Assembly (NCBI RefSeq): GCF_963921235.1
Contig: NC_086097.1
Span: 143,532,001-143,596,000, forward strand
DNA length: 64,000 nt
From: Mobula hypostoma
Lineage: Eukaryota
Reading direction: 5' to 3'
Each line of letters starts with the position of its first letter. Positions within the stretch are counted from its first letter, which is position 1. The position numbers and the translations under genes are program-made. The notes under the pieces were generated by a model. The model ran no database searches, was not told where the DNA came from, and saw nothing but the letters and a program-made list of their open reading frames with translations. Positions 1-11,845 of the stretch are shown here, one piece after another.

Positions 1-485
1 GTCTTTCTTCATATGAAAGTCCTGCCATCCCAGGAATCAATCTGGTGAACCTTCTTTGTACACCCTCTATGGCAAAGATGTCTTTCCTCAGATTAGGGGA
101 CTAAAACTGCACACAATACTCCAGGTGTGGTCTCACCAAGGCCTTGTACAACTGCAGTAGTACCTCCCTGCTCCTGTACTCGAATCCTCTCGCTATAAAT
201 GCCAGCATACCATTCGCCTTTTCCACCGCCTGCTGTACCTGCATGCCCACTTTCAATGACTGGTGTATAATGACACCCAGGTCTCGTTGCACCTCCCCTT
301 TTCCTAATCGGCCACCATTCAGATAATAATCTGTTTTCCTATTTTTGCCACCAAAGTGGATAACTTCACATTTATCCACATTAAATTGCATCTGCCATGA
401 GTTTGCCCACTCACCCAACCTATCCAAGTCACCCTGCATCCTCTTAGCATCCTCCTCACTGCTAACACTGCCACCCAGCTTCGTG
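1..485 (-). mobile_element. CR1-clade LINE fragment (C-terminal RT region), running off the window start
   Basis: ORF 101..439(-): WQMQFNVDKCEVIHFG...RDLGV...LYKALVRPHLEYCVQF, typical of CR1 ORF2. Confidence 0.9.
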
Positions 486-808
486 TGACAAGAACAGTCT
501 GAAACACTAGGTGAACAGTCCTGTTTGTATTTCTTGTCCAGGAGACAGATGAAGGCTATCTGGAGCTGAGAGACTCCAGGGCTAGGGAAGGAAGCACTCC
601 TGAGGAAATGAGACTGATGATTGGGAGATAACTGCCTGATGTTTGGTGATGGGAGGTGTATGCTTTGGAGAGAAGTATGAGGGTATGTTTAAGAAATTAA
701 TGTTTGGTCTCTGTGAGATAGAATGAACCTAATCTTCTGACTGGGTACATTATATTTTTTCAGGCTCGATAACAAAATCTACAACATCAGCTAACTTGCT
801 TTACATAA

Positions 809-1250
809 ACACAAGAGATTCGGCAGATGCTGGAAATCCAAAGCAACACACACAATGCTGGAGGAACTTAGCTGGTCAGGCAGCTTCTGTGGAAAGGAAT
901 AAACAGTTGACGTTTTGGGCCAAGACCCTTCTTCAGGATTGGAAAGGATGGGGGAAGACACCAGTGTGAAAAGATGGGAGGGGATGGGGAATGGGTGTAG
1001 CTAGAAGGTGATAGGTGAAACCAGGTGGGTGGGGAAGGTAAAAGAGCTGGAGAGGAAGGAATCTGACAGGAGAGGAGAGTGAACCAGAGAAGAAAGGGAA
1101 GAAGGAGGGGCACCAGGGGGAGGTGAGAAGAGATAAGAGGCCGGAGTAGGGAATAGAAGAAGAGGGAAGGGGGAGGGAATTTTTTTTACTGGAAGGCGAA
1201 ATCGATGTTCATTCCATTGCGTTGGAGGATACACAGACGGAATAGGAGGT
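809..1250 (-). mobile_element. Penelope-like element 3' end with a mutated hammerhead (G12A)
   Basis: Same family as 7934-8445 and 61778-62432. The minus strand near 901-940 reads CTGAAGA-A-GGGTCTTGGCCC-AAAA-CGTC. Confidence 0.75.
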
Positions 1251-1717
1251 AATCTGCTTTCCCTGTGCTGGACCTGGCCTTTTTAACATCTGTGATATTA
1301 GCTTGGTTTGTCTCTTGTCATTAATAGTGCCTAGCCTGCTAGATGTGTCCTACAAGCCTGCATTTCACAGCCTTAACTTTCTATTAACTGTTTTGCAATA
1401 TTACGCCTTAACTACCTGCAATTCAAAGCTTTTGTCCATTTTTTTGTCTCTTTAACTCTATGACAATAATTTGCTTCCACATCCACCCTGGTTTAACTCT
1501 GTCAGTGATTTTTTTCCCCCTTGTTCTGCCTATTGCTGTCCCATCTTAAAACTGACTTTTTTTTTCTTCCCATTTCTGACAAAGGGTTTTTTAACCCCAG
1601 TAATAACCCTGAAGTTATTTCCACACTTGCTGCCTGTGTGTTTTTTTATATATACGTAGGACTGTTATCCGACAGTTTTATAGCAATTGGTGTGTTGACT
1701 TTCCTAGCAAAAGGAGC

Positions 1718-1845
1718 TTCATCAGGAGCTGATGAAAGGTCTCAGAATGAAACAGCAAACATTTATGTTCTCCACAGACGCTGCCTGACCTGCTGAGTTC
1801 CTCCAGCATTTTATATTGCTCAGTATTTCCAGCATCTGCAGAATC
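1718..1845 (+). mobile_element. Short degenerate Penelope-like 3' end
   Basis: CTGATGAAAGGTCTCAG..GAAAC..GCTGCCTGACCTGCTGAGTTCCTCCAGCATTTT, preceded by a small inverted copy TTCATCAG. Confidence 0.6.
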
Positions 1846-2128
1846 TTACTGCAGTTGTAGAGGATCTTGAGTATCGTGTACAGCTTCTGTCACTTTTGAG
1901 AGTGGATGTTCTTGCAGAGGAAAGGACATAACAAATGTTCACTAGACCAGTTACTGGGATGGCAGGACTGAAGAGAGTTTGGGATAATTGGGCTTATATT
2001 TACTAAGAAGTTTGAGGGGGTGCTTCATTAAAACTTATAAAGTTCTGATAGGACTGAATGGACTAGATATTGAAAGATTTTTAAAGATCAGCTTTATCTG
2101 TCACGGGTACATTGAAGCGTACAGTGAA

Positions 2129-2431
2129 ATAAAACGCAAACGTGAGGAAATCTGCAGATGCTGGAAATTCAAGCAACGCACATAAAAAATGCTGGTGAAC
2201 GCAGCAGGCCAGGCAGCATCTCTAGGAAGAGGTACAGTCGATGTTTCGGGCCGAGACCCATAGTCAAGACTAACTGAAAGAAGAGCTAGTAAGAGAGTAA
2301 GATAGTAAGACTCTTACAATCTCTTCTTTCAGTTAGTCCTGACGAAGGGTCTCGGTCCGAAACGTCGACTGTACCTCTTCCCATAGATGCTGCCTGGCCT
2401 GCTGCGTTCACCAGCATTTTTTTATGTGTGA
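2129..2431. mobile_element. Fold-back (inverted) Penelope-like insertion with 9-bp TSD
   Basis: Arms at about 2178-2285 and 2321-2430 are reverse complements. TACAGTGAA is duplicated at 2120-2128 and 2432-2440. Confidence 0.85.
2331..2371 (+). ncRNA. Minimal type I hammerhead ribozyme motif (PLE-associated), intact core
   Basis: AGTC-CTGACGA(2339-2345)-A-GGGT/CTCG/GTCC(stem II)-GAAA(2359-2362)-C-GTC(cleavage predicted after C2366)-GACT. Stem I is AGTC/GACT. Stem III is reduced to the palindrome ACGU. Confidence 0.75.
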
Positions 2432-3104
2432 TACAGTGAAGTACATTGTTTTGTGTCATTCAAGGGTGTGTTGGAGGTAGTCCGCCAGTGTTGTCGTGCT
2501 TCTCGTGTGAACATTGTAATGCCTCTAGCTTAGCAACTCTAACCCATACATCTTTGATATGTGAGAGGAAGAATATTCCTAATGGACGGAAAGTCCAGAA
2601 GGGTGAGTAGCAACCTTAGGATATGGGCTAATTCATTTAGGTATGCGATGAGGAGAAATTTCTTCAGCCAAAGCCTGGCAAACTTATGGAATTATCTACT
2701 GCAGAAGGCAGTTAAGGCAAAATCGCTAAATATTTTTTAAAAATTGGATGTCATCCACCAATTAGTCCTATCTCATCACTCCCCTTTCCCTCTCCATGCT
2801 GGCCATCTCACTTCTCCACTCTCAATCCTGATGCAGGGTTTCCTTCTGAAACACCAACAGTTCATTTCCTCTCATAGATACTGTTCAACTCGCTTTGTTC
2901 CTCCAGCAAATTACATCTGCAGTCTTCTGTAACTTTCTAGATACAGTATAGTTCTAATGGTTAAAGAAATCAAGGAACAGAATATTGAATTTGGATGATC
3001 AGACTATGATCCTGTTGATAGATCTACTCCTAATCCCATCAACTGTGCTTTGTATTATGGTATCGCTCTAACTTCCCTTGAGTTCAATTTCATTAGATGG
3101 TGAA

Positions 3105-3350
3105 AGGAGCCATGTGGTACAGTGAAATTTGTGCTGAGTTAGCTACTCTCAGTTGTATCCATGGGAAAAGAGATATACGTGGCCTCGGTTCACCTTCTGC
3201 TGCTTATTGCTGACCAGTGACCAATGTTCCTGTCCATATCTTCACAACTGCTGCGAAGAACTCTGGCAATGACACTCAAATTCGCAGAATAGGTCAAAGG
3301 CACTCACTGTCTAGATCTTTGACTGAGACTCCAGAGAGCTGGTGGAACCA
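3105..3350 (+). mobile_element. Ancient LF-SINE-like remnant
   Basis: GTGCTGAGTTAGCT..CTCAG, GGCCTCGG, CCAGTGACC and CACTCACTGTCTAG occur in the order I recall for LF-SINE-type elements. A similar piece lies at about 44970-45075. Confidence 0.4.
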
Positions 3351-4241
3351 TCGGAAATAAAGAGTGGTCAAGTGAGATAACATGGAGAATGGTGACCTTT
3401 ATAAATGATGAAAGAATGCAAGTTCCTTGGAGGACACTCCGAACACAAGATTGCTCTTTCAGCAGTCAGGATACACTGAGGAATCTATGGGAATGGACCC
3501 TCAGGCAGAGACAGCACTATAGTATGGTTGAATATCAAAATCTGATGAGAAAAATGTGAAACAAATTGGCAATGTCTGACAGGGAAATGAAAAGAATTTG
3601 CAATATATTTAAATGCCCTTGCAGTTGACTGGCAATAACTCTGGGGCTTCAGCTGCTTTGGTTCCTGGTTCAAATTTCCGTTGCCTGCTTGATTACTCAG
3701 AAAGGCAGACCATAGTAATTTCTTGTTGATTCAATTCTGCTATATTTTTAGCGCTCGGTGATGGTCGTCTTTTGAATCCTAGTGCCGTGGGCTACTAATT
3801 CTGTAATTCCAGATGCTGCTGTGGAATTTGCCTGCTGTTAACTCTCCACTGACAGTTTGTTGGGGGCATGGGGTTACTTAATCTTATGGGAAGCCCTCTC
3901 CGAAGTTGTCTCTGCTCTGTGTTTGCAACGTAGAGAGCTCAGCAGCCAATGTGAGCACTCATTGTTCTTTCACCGGCCAGGTCGATGCAATGTCTGCCTC
4001 TCCCTTTCTCTATAATTAGTGAATGTAGTTTCAATTGAACAAGTACTAAGCTCCACCCATTTCTCCCTAAATCATACTTCCCCCACTACAGACCTCTCTT
4101 ACCATTTATTTCTTTGAGAAAGGTTTTTGTCATCCATCCTTTTAATTTCATCCTTGGCTCAGCATTAACTATTGTCTACTGATGGTTCTCTTAAAAAGTT
4201 CTAGGTTCTTTTGTACTATGGTAAAGTTGATATACTCTATA

Positions 4242-4848
4242 CAATCACTGGTCACTTTATTAGGTACAATAGTGGAACCCATTGTGGTCTTCTGTTGCTA
4301 TATGCCATCTGTGTCAAGGTTCAACATGTTGTGCATTAAGAGATGCTCTTCTGCACGTCACTGTTGTAAGGGAGTCTTGATCATAAGCGGGCCGAAACTC
4401 CTGAAGACAGGTGGCAGATCAACTGATGATCCCACTGGTGATAGCAACAGGACAGTTAACATCTTAGTCCACGTGTATTTTGTAACTCTGTGGTTATTTG
4501 GGTTACTGTCAGCTTGAACCAGTCTGGCCATTATCCTCTTGTTAACAGGGTGTTTTACCCACAGAAATGCCACTCACTTCTAGTTTGATGTTTGCACCAT
4601 TCTCTGTAAACTCTTTAATCCCAGGAGCTCAACAGTTTCTGAGATACCAAAATCATCCTATCTGGCATCATTCCATGGTTAAAGTCACTTAGATCACATT
4701 TATTCTGATTTGGTCTGCATAACAACTGAACCTCTTGACCATGCCTGCATGCTTTTTATGCATTGAGTTGCTGGCACATGATTGGCTGATTAAATATTTG
4801 CAATAACGAGCAAGTGTACAGGTATGCCTAATAAAGTAGTCACAGAGG
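4242..4848. mobile_element. Tc1-derived non-autonomous element (MITE)
   Basis: Ends GGTCACTTTATTAGGTAC and GTATGCCTAATAAAGTAGTCAC are inverted. The body is the reverse complement of the copies at about 10970-11460 and 34684-35219. Confidence 0.7.
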
Positions 4849-4891
4849 ATAAATTAAAGGTTTTTTTTTGCACGACTAAGTTCCATGTGAA

Positions 4892-5007
4892 ACGAGAAAA
4901 TCTGCAGATGCTGGAATTCCAAACAACACACACAAAATGCTGGAGGAACTCAGTAGGCCAGGCAACATCTATGGAGAAAAGTACAGTTGACATTTCAGGC
5001 CAAAAGC
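4892..5007 (-). mobile_element. Short Penelope-like 3' end truncated within hammerhead stem II
   Basis: Family sequence flanked by the near-duplicate TTCCATGTGAA (4881-4891) / TTCCATTTGAA (5008-5018). Confidence 0.7.
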
Positions 5008-7559
5008 TTCCATTTGAAGCTTTGGTTATGATCTGTATTCATAGAAAGATAAGATTAAAAGTGGGGATATCCTTAAAATATTTTGAATGAACAAAATACC
5101 TATACAAATCAAGTGAATGTTGATAAATATTAGATTATTTGGTTCACCTAAGGAATAGTTCTTGATTAATTCTATAAAGAGAACTCAATCAAATTGATAC
5201 AGAACTGAATTGCTGGTATTACCTTGGTTTCTGATCATACTGAAGTTTCATGTTAGTAACTAATTTATGAGGTTTCGAGAAACAGGAGGCCATTCAAGGT
5301 CAGTAAAAACTGTGGGTGGGGGTGTGGGCAGGGGAAACTATAAATGGGGGAACAAATGGAACGACCAAATGTGGGTGGAATTTTGAATTTTAATTCTGCT
5401 CGTGGCTTATCATGGCTCACTGAGCAGTAAATACATTTGTAATGCTTGGATTCTAATCATAGCTGATAGCAATAACATACTGATTATCCAGAGTTATGGA
5501 TGTAACACAATATTTGACAAAATTAGCTGTAATCTTACTACTCATGAGATTCATCCAGAAATTATATTCAAATTGTCCAACTACTGTGCCGTGTATGATC
5601 AGATACTTGAGACAATAGAATTTTTAACCCACTCCTTGGACTGTTTTGGATTCAGATTCTATGAGATGGGGAATTTTAGTTAGAGATAATTCTATGCTTG
5701 TGCTCCATGCAGACTCTAACACACTTGAAAAATGATTGAAAAGACTTAGGACTTGGTCTATTTTCCAAACTGAATTCAGTGAAAAAAAATTGTTAAACCA
5801 CTCTCTGGGCTTGGATTCAAACTTCCATGCGAGTTTCCATAAATATTATAGCACAGGTGGGATCTTTCAGCTGTAAATCCATTCCTCCCAAGCCATTAAT
5901 AGTCCTCCATTTTAAGTATTTATACTGCTCCTTTAATTTCATATCCTGGTTCATGCCTCAATAGCTAATGATGATGAAGCATTCCATGATACAATACTCC
6001 TGTCCACAAATCATTCTTCTCCCTAGGTCAAGTCATGGTTGCCAATGTGAAGGTGAAGTTCAACTGGCCAGAAATGAAGGAGAGTTGTGTGTCAAACAGG
6101 TTTAAAAAAAAAAGCAAGGCATTTGTCACCGAGATTTTTGAGAATTGACAGCCAATGTAGATAATTGGGAATAGACATGACGGGGGAATGGGTAAAAATT
6201 GGTGTCTACATAGCAGCATTTTGATAAATCAAGGAAAATGGAGGTGGAAGAAGAGATGCTGTGCTGGAGAACACTAGAGCTGTTGTCTTTAGATTAAAGT
6301 ACTTCCAAGTAGTGCTCCCTTTGATAAAATTCAACCTCTCTGATGTTCTCTAGCTGCAAAGGTTGCATTTAAACCCCATTTCACAGTCCCTGCCCCCTGT
6401 CAATTCCTCCAGCTCCAGTCTATTATCACTCTGTCCACCCAAGCCCATTGTCTCCAGTTCTCACAAGAGGTTCTGTAAAATGCTAGAAATCCGGAGTTTA
6501 TTTCTCTCCATAGATGCTGCCTGACCTGCCAAGTTCCTCCAGCATTTTGTGAGTGTCCCCAGTTCTCAATCACCTACTTTTCCAGTGTTGAATTCCAAGC
6601 ATTTGCCCTGTATTCCTGATCCTTCTCTTCCCACCCGTTCTATGCCTCTCCATCCTCTGCCTTGACTCTCGTCCCATTAGTCCAGCTGTTGTAAATGCCA
6701 ATCACCTGTAAATGGCGTGGCTGGGTGCTGCAGTGGGAAACTGCACAGAGCCAGTTACTCCCCTAGAGAGGCAGATTCTGGTGCAAAGAGGTGAATGCCA
6801 ATGGCCTTGGTAATATGTCCCTCCTCAAAAATGGATACTTGCAAGGAACTGTATAAAGGAGAGCCGAGGCGGAGCGTAATTTGCTGCAAAGGAGGCAAGA
6901 GACTGAAGAAAGATTGTCAATAGTCAGACAGAGGGAAGATGAAGGAGAAACTTTACAAGGCCAGTATAAAGGGTAAAGGAGTGATCAAAAAGTGGGACTG
7001 GAAGTTTGATATTGCAGGGATAAGATAGATTTATGAATAAAAGTGACATTTTATATATAATACGTCATGGGATAAAGAGCTAGTCCTGATCAGGGGAGGG
7101 GCCAATGGGCCAGTGGTTCCTCAAGTGGGTACAGTAAGTCCCTTGTGTGTATCTGCTACACTTGCTCTATGGGCTCTGTTTACCAGTGGCTGTAATAGAA
7201 ATATTTGCAGGGACTAAGTTGTACTTCTTGGACAACTCCCAAGAAGTATTTCTGCACTGTGAAAAATTACCTGTGTGAAACCATGAGGCCTCTAATGGCA
7301 AACTATCTATTATTCTGTGGTCAATGAGAATGATGTGTTTCTTCATGTTGCGTTAGTTAGGTTCGTGGAAGCATTAGTGGTAGTTTTAAAGTAACCTTCC
7401 CTCCAGCAGTAAATGGAATAATGGGTTGATTGCCTATTTCACACCTGCTTTTACTCACTGTTAATTTATGTAGAGAAGATTAGAATTACATCCACAGTCT
7501 AATTGGAATTTTCAGCTAATTTTGTAAAGGCAGAATCTGCAATACAAGTTAAATCTTTC

Positions 7560-7750
7560 ACAGCTTCGGAACTCCCATTAGTGTACTTCGCAGTACTTTT
7601 GGAAGTGTAGGCACTGTAGTCATGTGGGGACCATAACAGCTAAATTTTACACAGTAATTTACCAATAATGCTGTGTTAAATGTCCAGTTAATCTGTTAAA
7701 ATGGTTTACTGATAGTAAATTGACTTTAAGGTAAAATAAAGGCCCCATTC
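7560..7750 (-). mobile_element. DeuSINE (AmnSINE1/SacSINE1-like) remnant
   Basis: AGTACTTTTGGAAGTGTAGGCACTGTAGTCATGTGGG..CAGCTAAATTTTACACAG is the reverse complement of the Deu-domain 3' region as I recall it. Confidence 0.45.
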
Positions 7751-7933
7751 CTCAGCTACATCAGATTACCTATGTGGTGATTGTGTTGTATAGGTAGGTG
7801 CCAATATGCTGCCAGTTGAAAGTGATCGTGTTTAAATGGGGAAAATGTGTGTTTGTGTAAATTAACACTAGTGAGGGTGCAAGTCTGGACAAAAAGAGCT
7901 TGACAATTGTGCTTCTTCCGCTGAATTTCCTGA

Positions 7934-8445
7934 CACAAGGAAATCTTCAGATGCTGGAAATTCAAGCAACACACATAAAATGCGAGTGGAACGCAGCAGG
8001 CCAGGCAGCATCTATAGGAAGAGGCACAGTCGACGTTTCGGGCCGAGACCCTTTGTCAGGACTAACTGAAAGAAGAGATAGTAAGAGATTTGAAAGTTGG
8101 AGGGGGAGGGGAAGATCCGAAATCATAGGAGAAGACAGGAGGGGAGGGATGGAGCTAAGAGCTGCAGAGTTGATTGGCAAAAGGGATACCAGTCTGGAGA
8201 AGGGAGAGGATCATTGGACGGGAGGCCTAGGGAGAAAGAAAGGGGGAGGGGAGCATCAGAGGAAGACATAGTGAGAGGGACAGAGGAAGAAAAAAAGAGA
8301 GAAAGAAAGGTGAAAAAAATAGAAAATAATAAAGGGATGGGGTAAGAAGGGGAGGAGTCAATGTTCATGCCATCGGGTTGGAGGCTACCCAGACGGAATA
8401 TAAGGTGTTGTTCCTCCAACCTGAGTGTGGCTTCATTGTGACAGC
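7934..8445 (-). mobile_element. Penelope-like element 3' end: endonuclease C-terminus plus a hammerhead with G8A
   Basis: ORF 8123..8419(-) starts EEQHLIFRLGSLQPDGMNID, the C-terminus of vertebrate PLE ORFs. The minus strand at about 8027-8066 reads AGTC-CTGACAA-A-GGGTCTCGGCCC-GAAA-CGTC-GACT. Confidence 0.85.
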
Positions 8446-9962
8446 AACCTGGTTAATGTATGAAGGCTGGTCACGTGATTGAGAGGCTAAAGGTGCTGCA
8501 GCACTACCAAGTGGAAAGGATCAATATTACTGATCAAAAGAGAGAGAGAGGTGGTGGGAGCAGTTTACGAGACAACTGGTGAACTTGGTGAATGAAAGCA
8601 TTTTCAGTGTCAGATTAAAACATTGTTGGAGGTAAAAAAAATACACCCTGTCCCTCAGTTCTTCAGAATGTTTATGCAATAGTCACATTACAGTATCAGT
8701 AATTAACAGAACTAGAGTTACACTATGGTTTTAACAAAAGTCCGAAAATTGAATGCTGATATCTCAGGATGTGACCTTAAGGCTGTTGGATTACAGGTAC
8801 TGCAAAAATCCAACTGGTTGAATTAATTTATTTTGGAGTTGGGAAGCTTCCACCCTAATCCAGTCTGTTCTATTGAGGGTGTTTCCTCAAATTCTGAAGG
8901 GCCTAGAAATTCCTGTGAACAACCCCAGTGAATAACAGGACAGTTAAAAATTGATTTAAACTGGAGTACAACAATTCTCTGCGCATATTTTGGTGTTATG
9001 GGTAAATTTGATGCTTGATATTGTGGCGGAATTTCCAGTTTCTGTTGTACCTTTTGTCTAGTGTTAAAAATAAATTCTCCAAATGAACAACAATAACACC
9101 AGCAGCAATACAGCACACAAAACTCAACCGGAGTGAGATTTTCAACCTCTCTGATCTGAGGCAACTACTTTCATATACTTGTTTTCCCTTGAGATAATGC
9201 TGTTTTAAGAACCAACACTTTTATTGCCTTTGTTGTCTGTGACCTCTGGTGGACTTAAAACAACTTTGTGCTTTTCTGGTTGTTTTCAGCTTTATAATCT
9301 CAATACCACTCGAGGCGGCTGCTGCTACTGGTATCTGCACATCTCAGCTTCTCCTCATTAGGGAGCTAGTCAAGCTCCTTACTCTAGGAGGAAGGTCATG
9401 AGTAATTGTGTGTTTTGTGGGCTTTCCACATAGCCTGTACACATCCCGTAATCATCCTAGAAGCACCTGGCAATCACCCCAGCACAGAGGACATGCCGTC
9501 TATTGATGCTATTCCTCATTAGCCAGCCCAAGTTCCTTCTCCCAGGAGCAATCTCTCAGTCCCTTTTTTTTTTCCAGCTTCTCGTTGTTCATAAACTTAC
9601 TTCTCAGTGGGTGGAAGAGTGTTGCTTGCATTGTGTGTGTTCTTTTAAAAGTGCCTTACAGAGATCACTTAAGCAATGCTAAATGCCGGCAGCTGTGGGA
9701 ACCTTTAACAAATCACTAGAGGATGCCACACAGTCAAACACAACAGCTCTATTTGTGCAAAAGCATATTGCTAGTCTTGGTTTCTATGTATTAGGGTTAT
9801 ACACCACATTGTTTGAATGCCATAAATAGGTAGAAAAGCAAGTTCTAGCTCATCATGGATTGCACACTGGCTACACCACACCATTGCTTTCACTGGCAAT
9901 TGTGGTGGGAGTGGTTCTGTTTCAGGGCTTATAGATGATGATATGTGGTTTTGCTCTTCTAA

Positions 9963-10881
9963 GGCTATGTCCACACTACGCCAGATAGTTTTGAAAACGA
10001 AGCATTTACTCTTTTTTTTGACCCTCTGTCCACTTTGAAACAGTGTTTCCCCCCCCCCCCCCGAATACGGAACTTTTCTAAAACACTCTCCAGAGTGTCG
10101 AAATTTGAAAATGATTGTTGTGCGTTGTAGTGGGAAGGGGTAAATGGAGATATTTAAAAACGCTGTCGTGACAACACCACAACAACAATGCTTTTTCTGC
10201 TTCTGCTTGGTACTGTGCAAGCACTGCCAGACTGCTGTTATAATGCGCAGTCAGTGTGAACAGCATGAGAGTTAAATTGTAAAGTGAACTTTTTTGACTA
10301 GATCCCCTAAATTGATTTGATTGAGTCTATCTTTAAAAATATTAATGTCAGAAATACTGCGCAGGTCTGGCGGCAGAAGATTCCACTCTCTTGTTGATCT
10401 TGGGTAGAGGACGGCTTCATGTGTGTGTTGTTTACTTTATTGTCTACGTTAATAGCTTGTTTGGAGTTAAACATCTCCACGTTCTCCGCTGCTTTGCTGA
10501 CTTTGTAGTCGTTTGTAACTCGCAGAAACAGCTCGACTTCATTGTCTGTCTAAACGAAAAAGTCCGGTCTGCTTTTTCCAGCGGAGGTTTTCTTTGTATT
10601 CCTCGAAGACATTGTTGAAAACTTTCTTTCATTGTTGTTGGTACTGTAGTTTTTGACCAATAGAAATAGCACAACGCCGCCACGGAAACGTAAATATTAT
10701 ACTGTTTCCTCTTCGCTTGTTTTCTGTAGATGAGTCTGCGCATGCCCAGTTGGAGTAGATTCGCCCAAATATCTGTTTTAATGTGGACAGAGATATTTTG
10801 AAAAACGCCTAGTGTGGATGCCTGGTGTTTTTACTCGAAACCGGCGTTTTCAAAATTATCTGGTCTATTGTGGACGTAGTC
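9963..10881. mobile_element. Non-autonomous DNA transposon, probably PIF/Harbinger
   Basis: TIRs of about 35 bp: GGCTATGTCCACACTACGCCAGATAGTTTTGAAAACG and CGTTTTCAAAATTATCTGGTCTATTGTGGACGTAGTC. Flanked by TAA and TCA (imperfect 3-bp TSD). No transposase. Confidence 0.7.
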
Positions 10882-10969
10882 TCAGTTCTGAACAAGACAA
10901 GAGATTGGAGTTGCATTTTCTGGTTTCATCTTATAACTATGAGCTGTGTGCATGCACACACATGTAAAT

Positions 10970-11460
10970 TTAATGGCCACTTTATTAGGTATACCTCTAC
11001 ACTGGCTTGTTAATGCAAATACCTAATCAGCAGCAACTCAATGCATAAAAGCATGCAAACATGATCAAGAGGTTTGGTTGCTGTTCAGACCAAGCATAAG
11101 AATGGTGAAGAAATGTGATCTAACGACTGTAGGATGATTGTTGGTGCCAGGTGGGGTGGTTTGAGTATCGCAGAAACTGCTGATCTCCTGGGACTTTCTC
11201 ACACAATTGTCTATAGAGTTTACAGCGAATGGTTCAAAAATCAAAAAGCAGGCAATGAAAAGTTTCTTTTCTGTGGGTGAAAATGCCCTGTTTATGAGAA
11301 TGGCCAGACTAGTTCAAGCTGACAGGAAGGTTACAGTAACTCAAATAAACACATGTTACAACAGTGGTGTGCCGAAGAGCATTTCTGAAATCATGACAAC
11401 TTGAAGTCGATGAGCTTCAGCAGCAGAAGACAACAAACTCAGTGGCCACTTTAAGTACAG
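10970..11460. mobile_element. Tc1-derived MITE, same family as 4242-4848
   Basis: Starts GGCCACTTTATTAGGTA. Contains the Tc1 transposase remnant RMARLVQADRKVTVTQINTCYNSG (ORF 11207..11404). Confidence 0.7.
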
Positions 11461-11490
11461 GAGGTATAAGGCCCAGATTTAATGGGGATA

Positions 11491-11723
11491 TAGTACTCTG
11501 CAAGAGTTTTAGGCACATGTATATAGCCAGACCTTTGCACAGTACTGTATATTATGTCTTTCCAGTTACCAAGTAACGCTAAATACTTCTGAGCTAATAC
11601 AAAGCTAACTTCTCTTATTTCTGTTTCCCAGCCACCTCCCTATTTTAACTAATATACAATACTGTGCAAAAGTCTTACGCACCCTAGCTTTAGATACATT
11701 CCGAAGACTTTTGCACAGTACTG
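11491..11723. mobile_element. Two tiny Tc1/mariner-type MITEs (about 57 bp at 11491-11547 and 67 bp at 11657-11723)
   Basis: TIR CAGTACTGTGCAAAAGTC and its complement GACTTTTGCACAGTACTG, each element flanked by TA. Confidence 0.6.
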
Positions 11724-11845
11724 TATTTTGGCAGTACCCTCTGTATTGGCTTCTGTTTCCTGCCATTATTGCCGCTATTTAGCGATTTCCACATGAACGT
11801 AGAAGTTCTGAAGATGTGATAATTTTACCTAATGCATTCTGACGC

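Larger units (their letters stand above)
1846..2745 (+). mobile_element. Old CR1 3' fragments interrupted by nested insertions (a SINE tail and a PLE palindrome)
   Basis: LGLYLLRSLRGCFIKTYKVL (ORF 1988..2185) resembles the CR1 'LGLxSLExRRLRGDLIExYKI' region. The CR1 sequence resumes after about 2570. Confidence 0.6.

Noticed and set aside
3868..3933. MGLLNLMGSPLRSCLCSVFAT as the missing signal-peptide exon
   Set aside because: It ends in a stop codon, has no phase-0 donor and is only weakly hydrophobic.
4388..4435. GGGCCGAAAC...CTGATGATCCC as a permuted hammerhead
   Set aside because: Stem II cannot close next to the core, and stems I and III do not pair.
9290..9405. Strong-looking + strand acceptor (TTTTCTGGTTGTTTTCAG)
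   Set aside because: No receptor-like frame follows, and there is no convincing donor.
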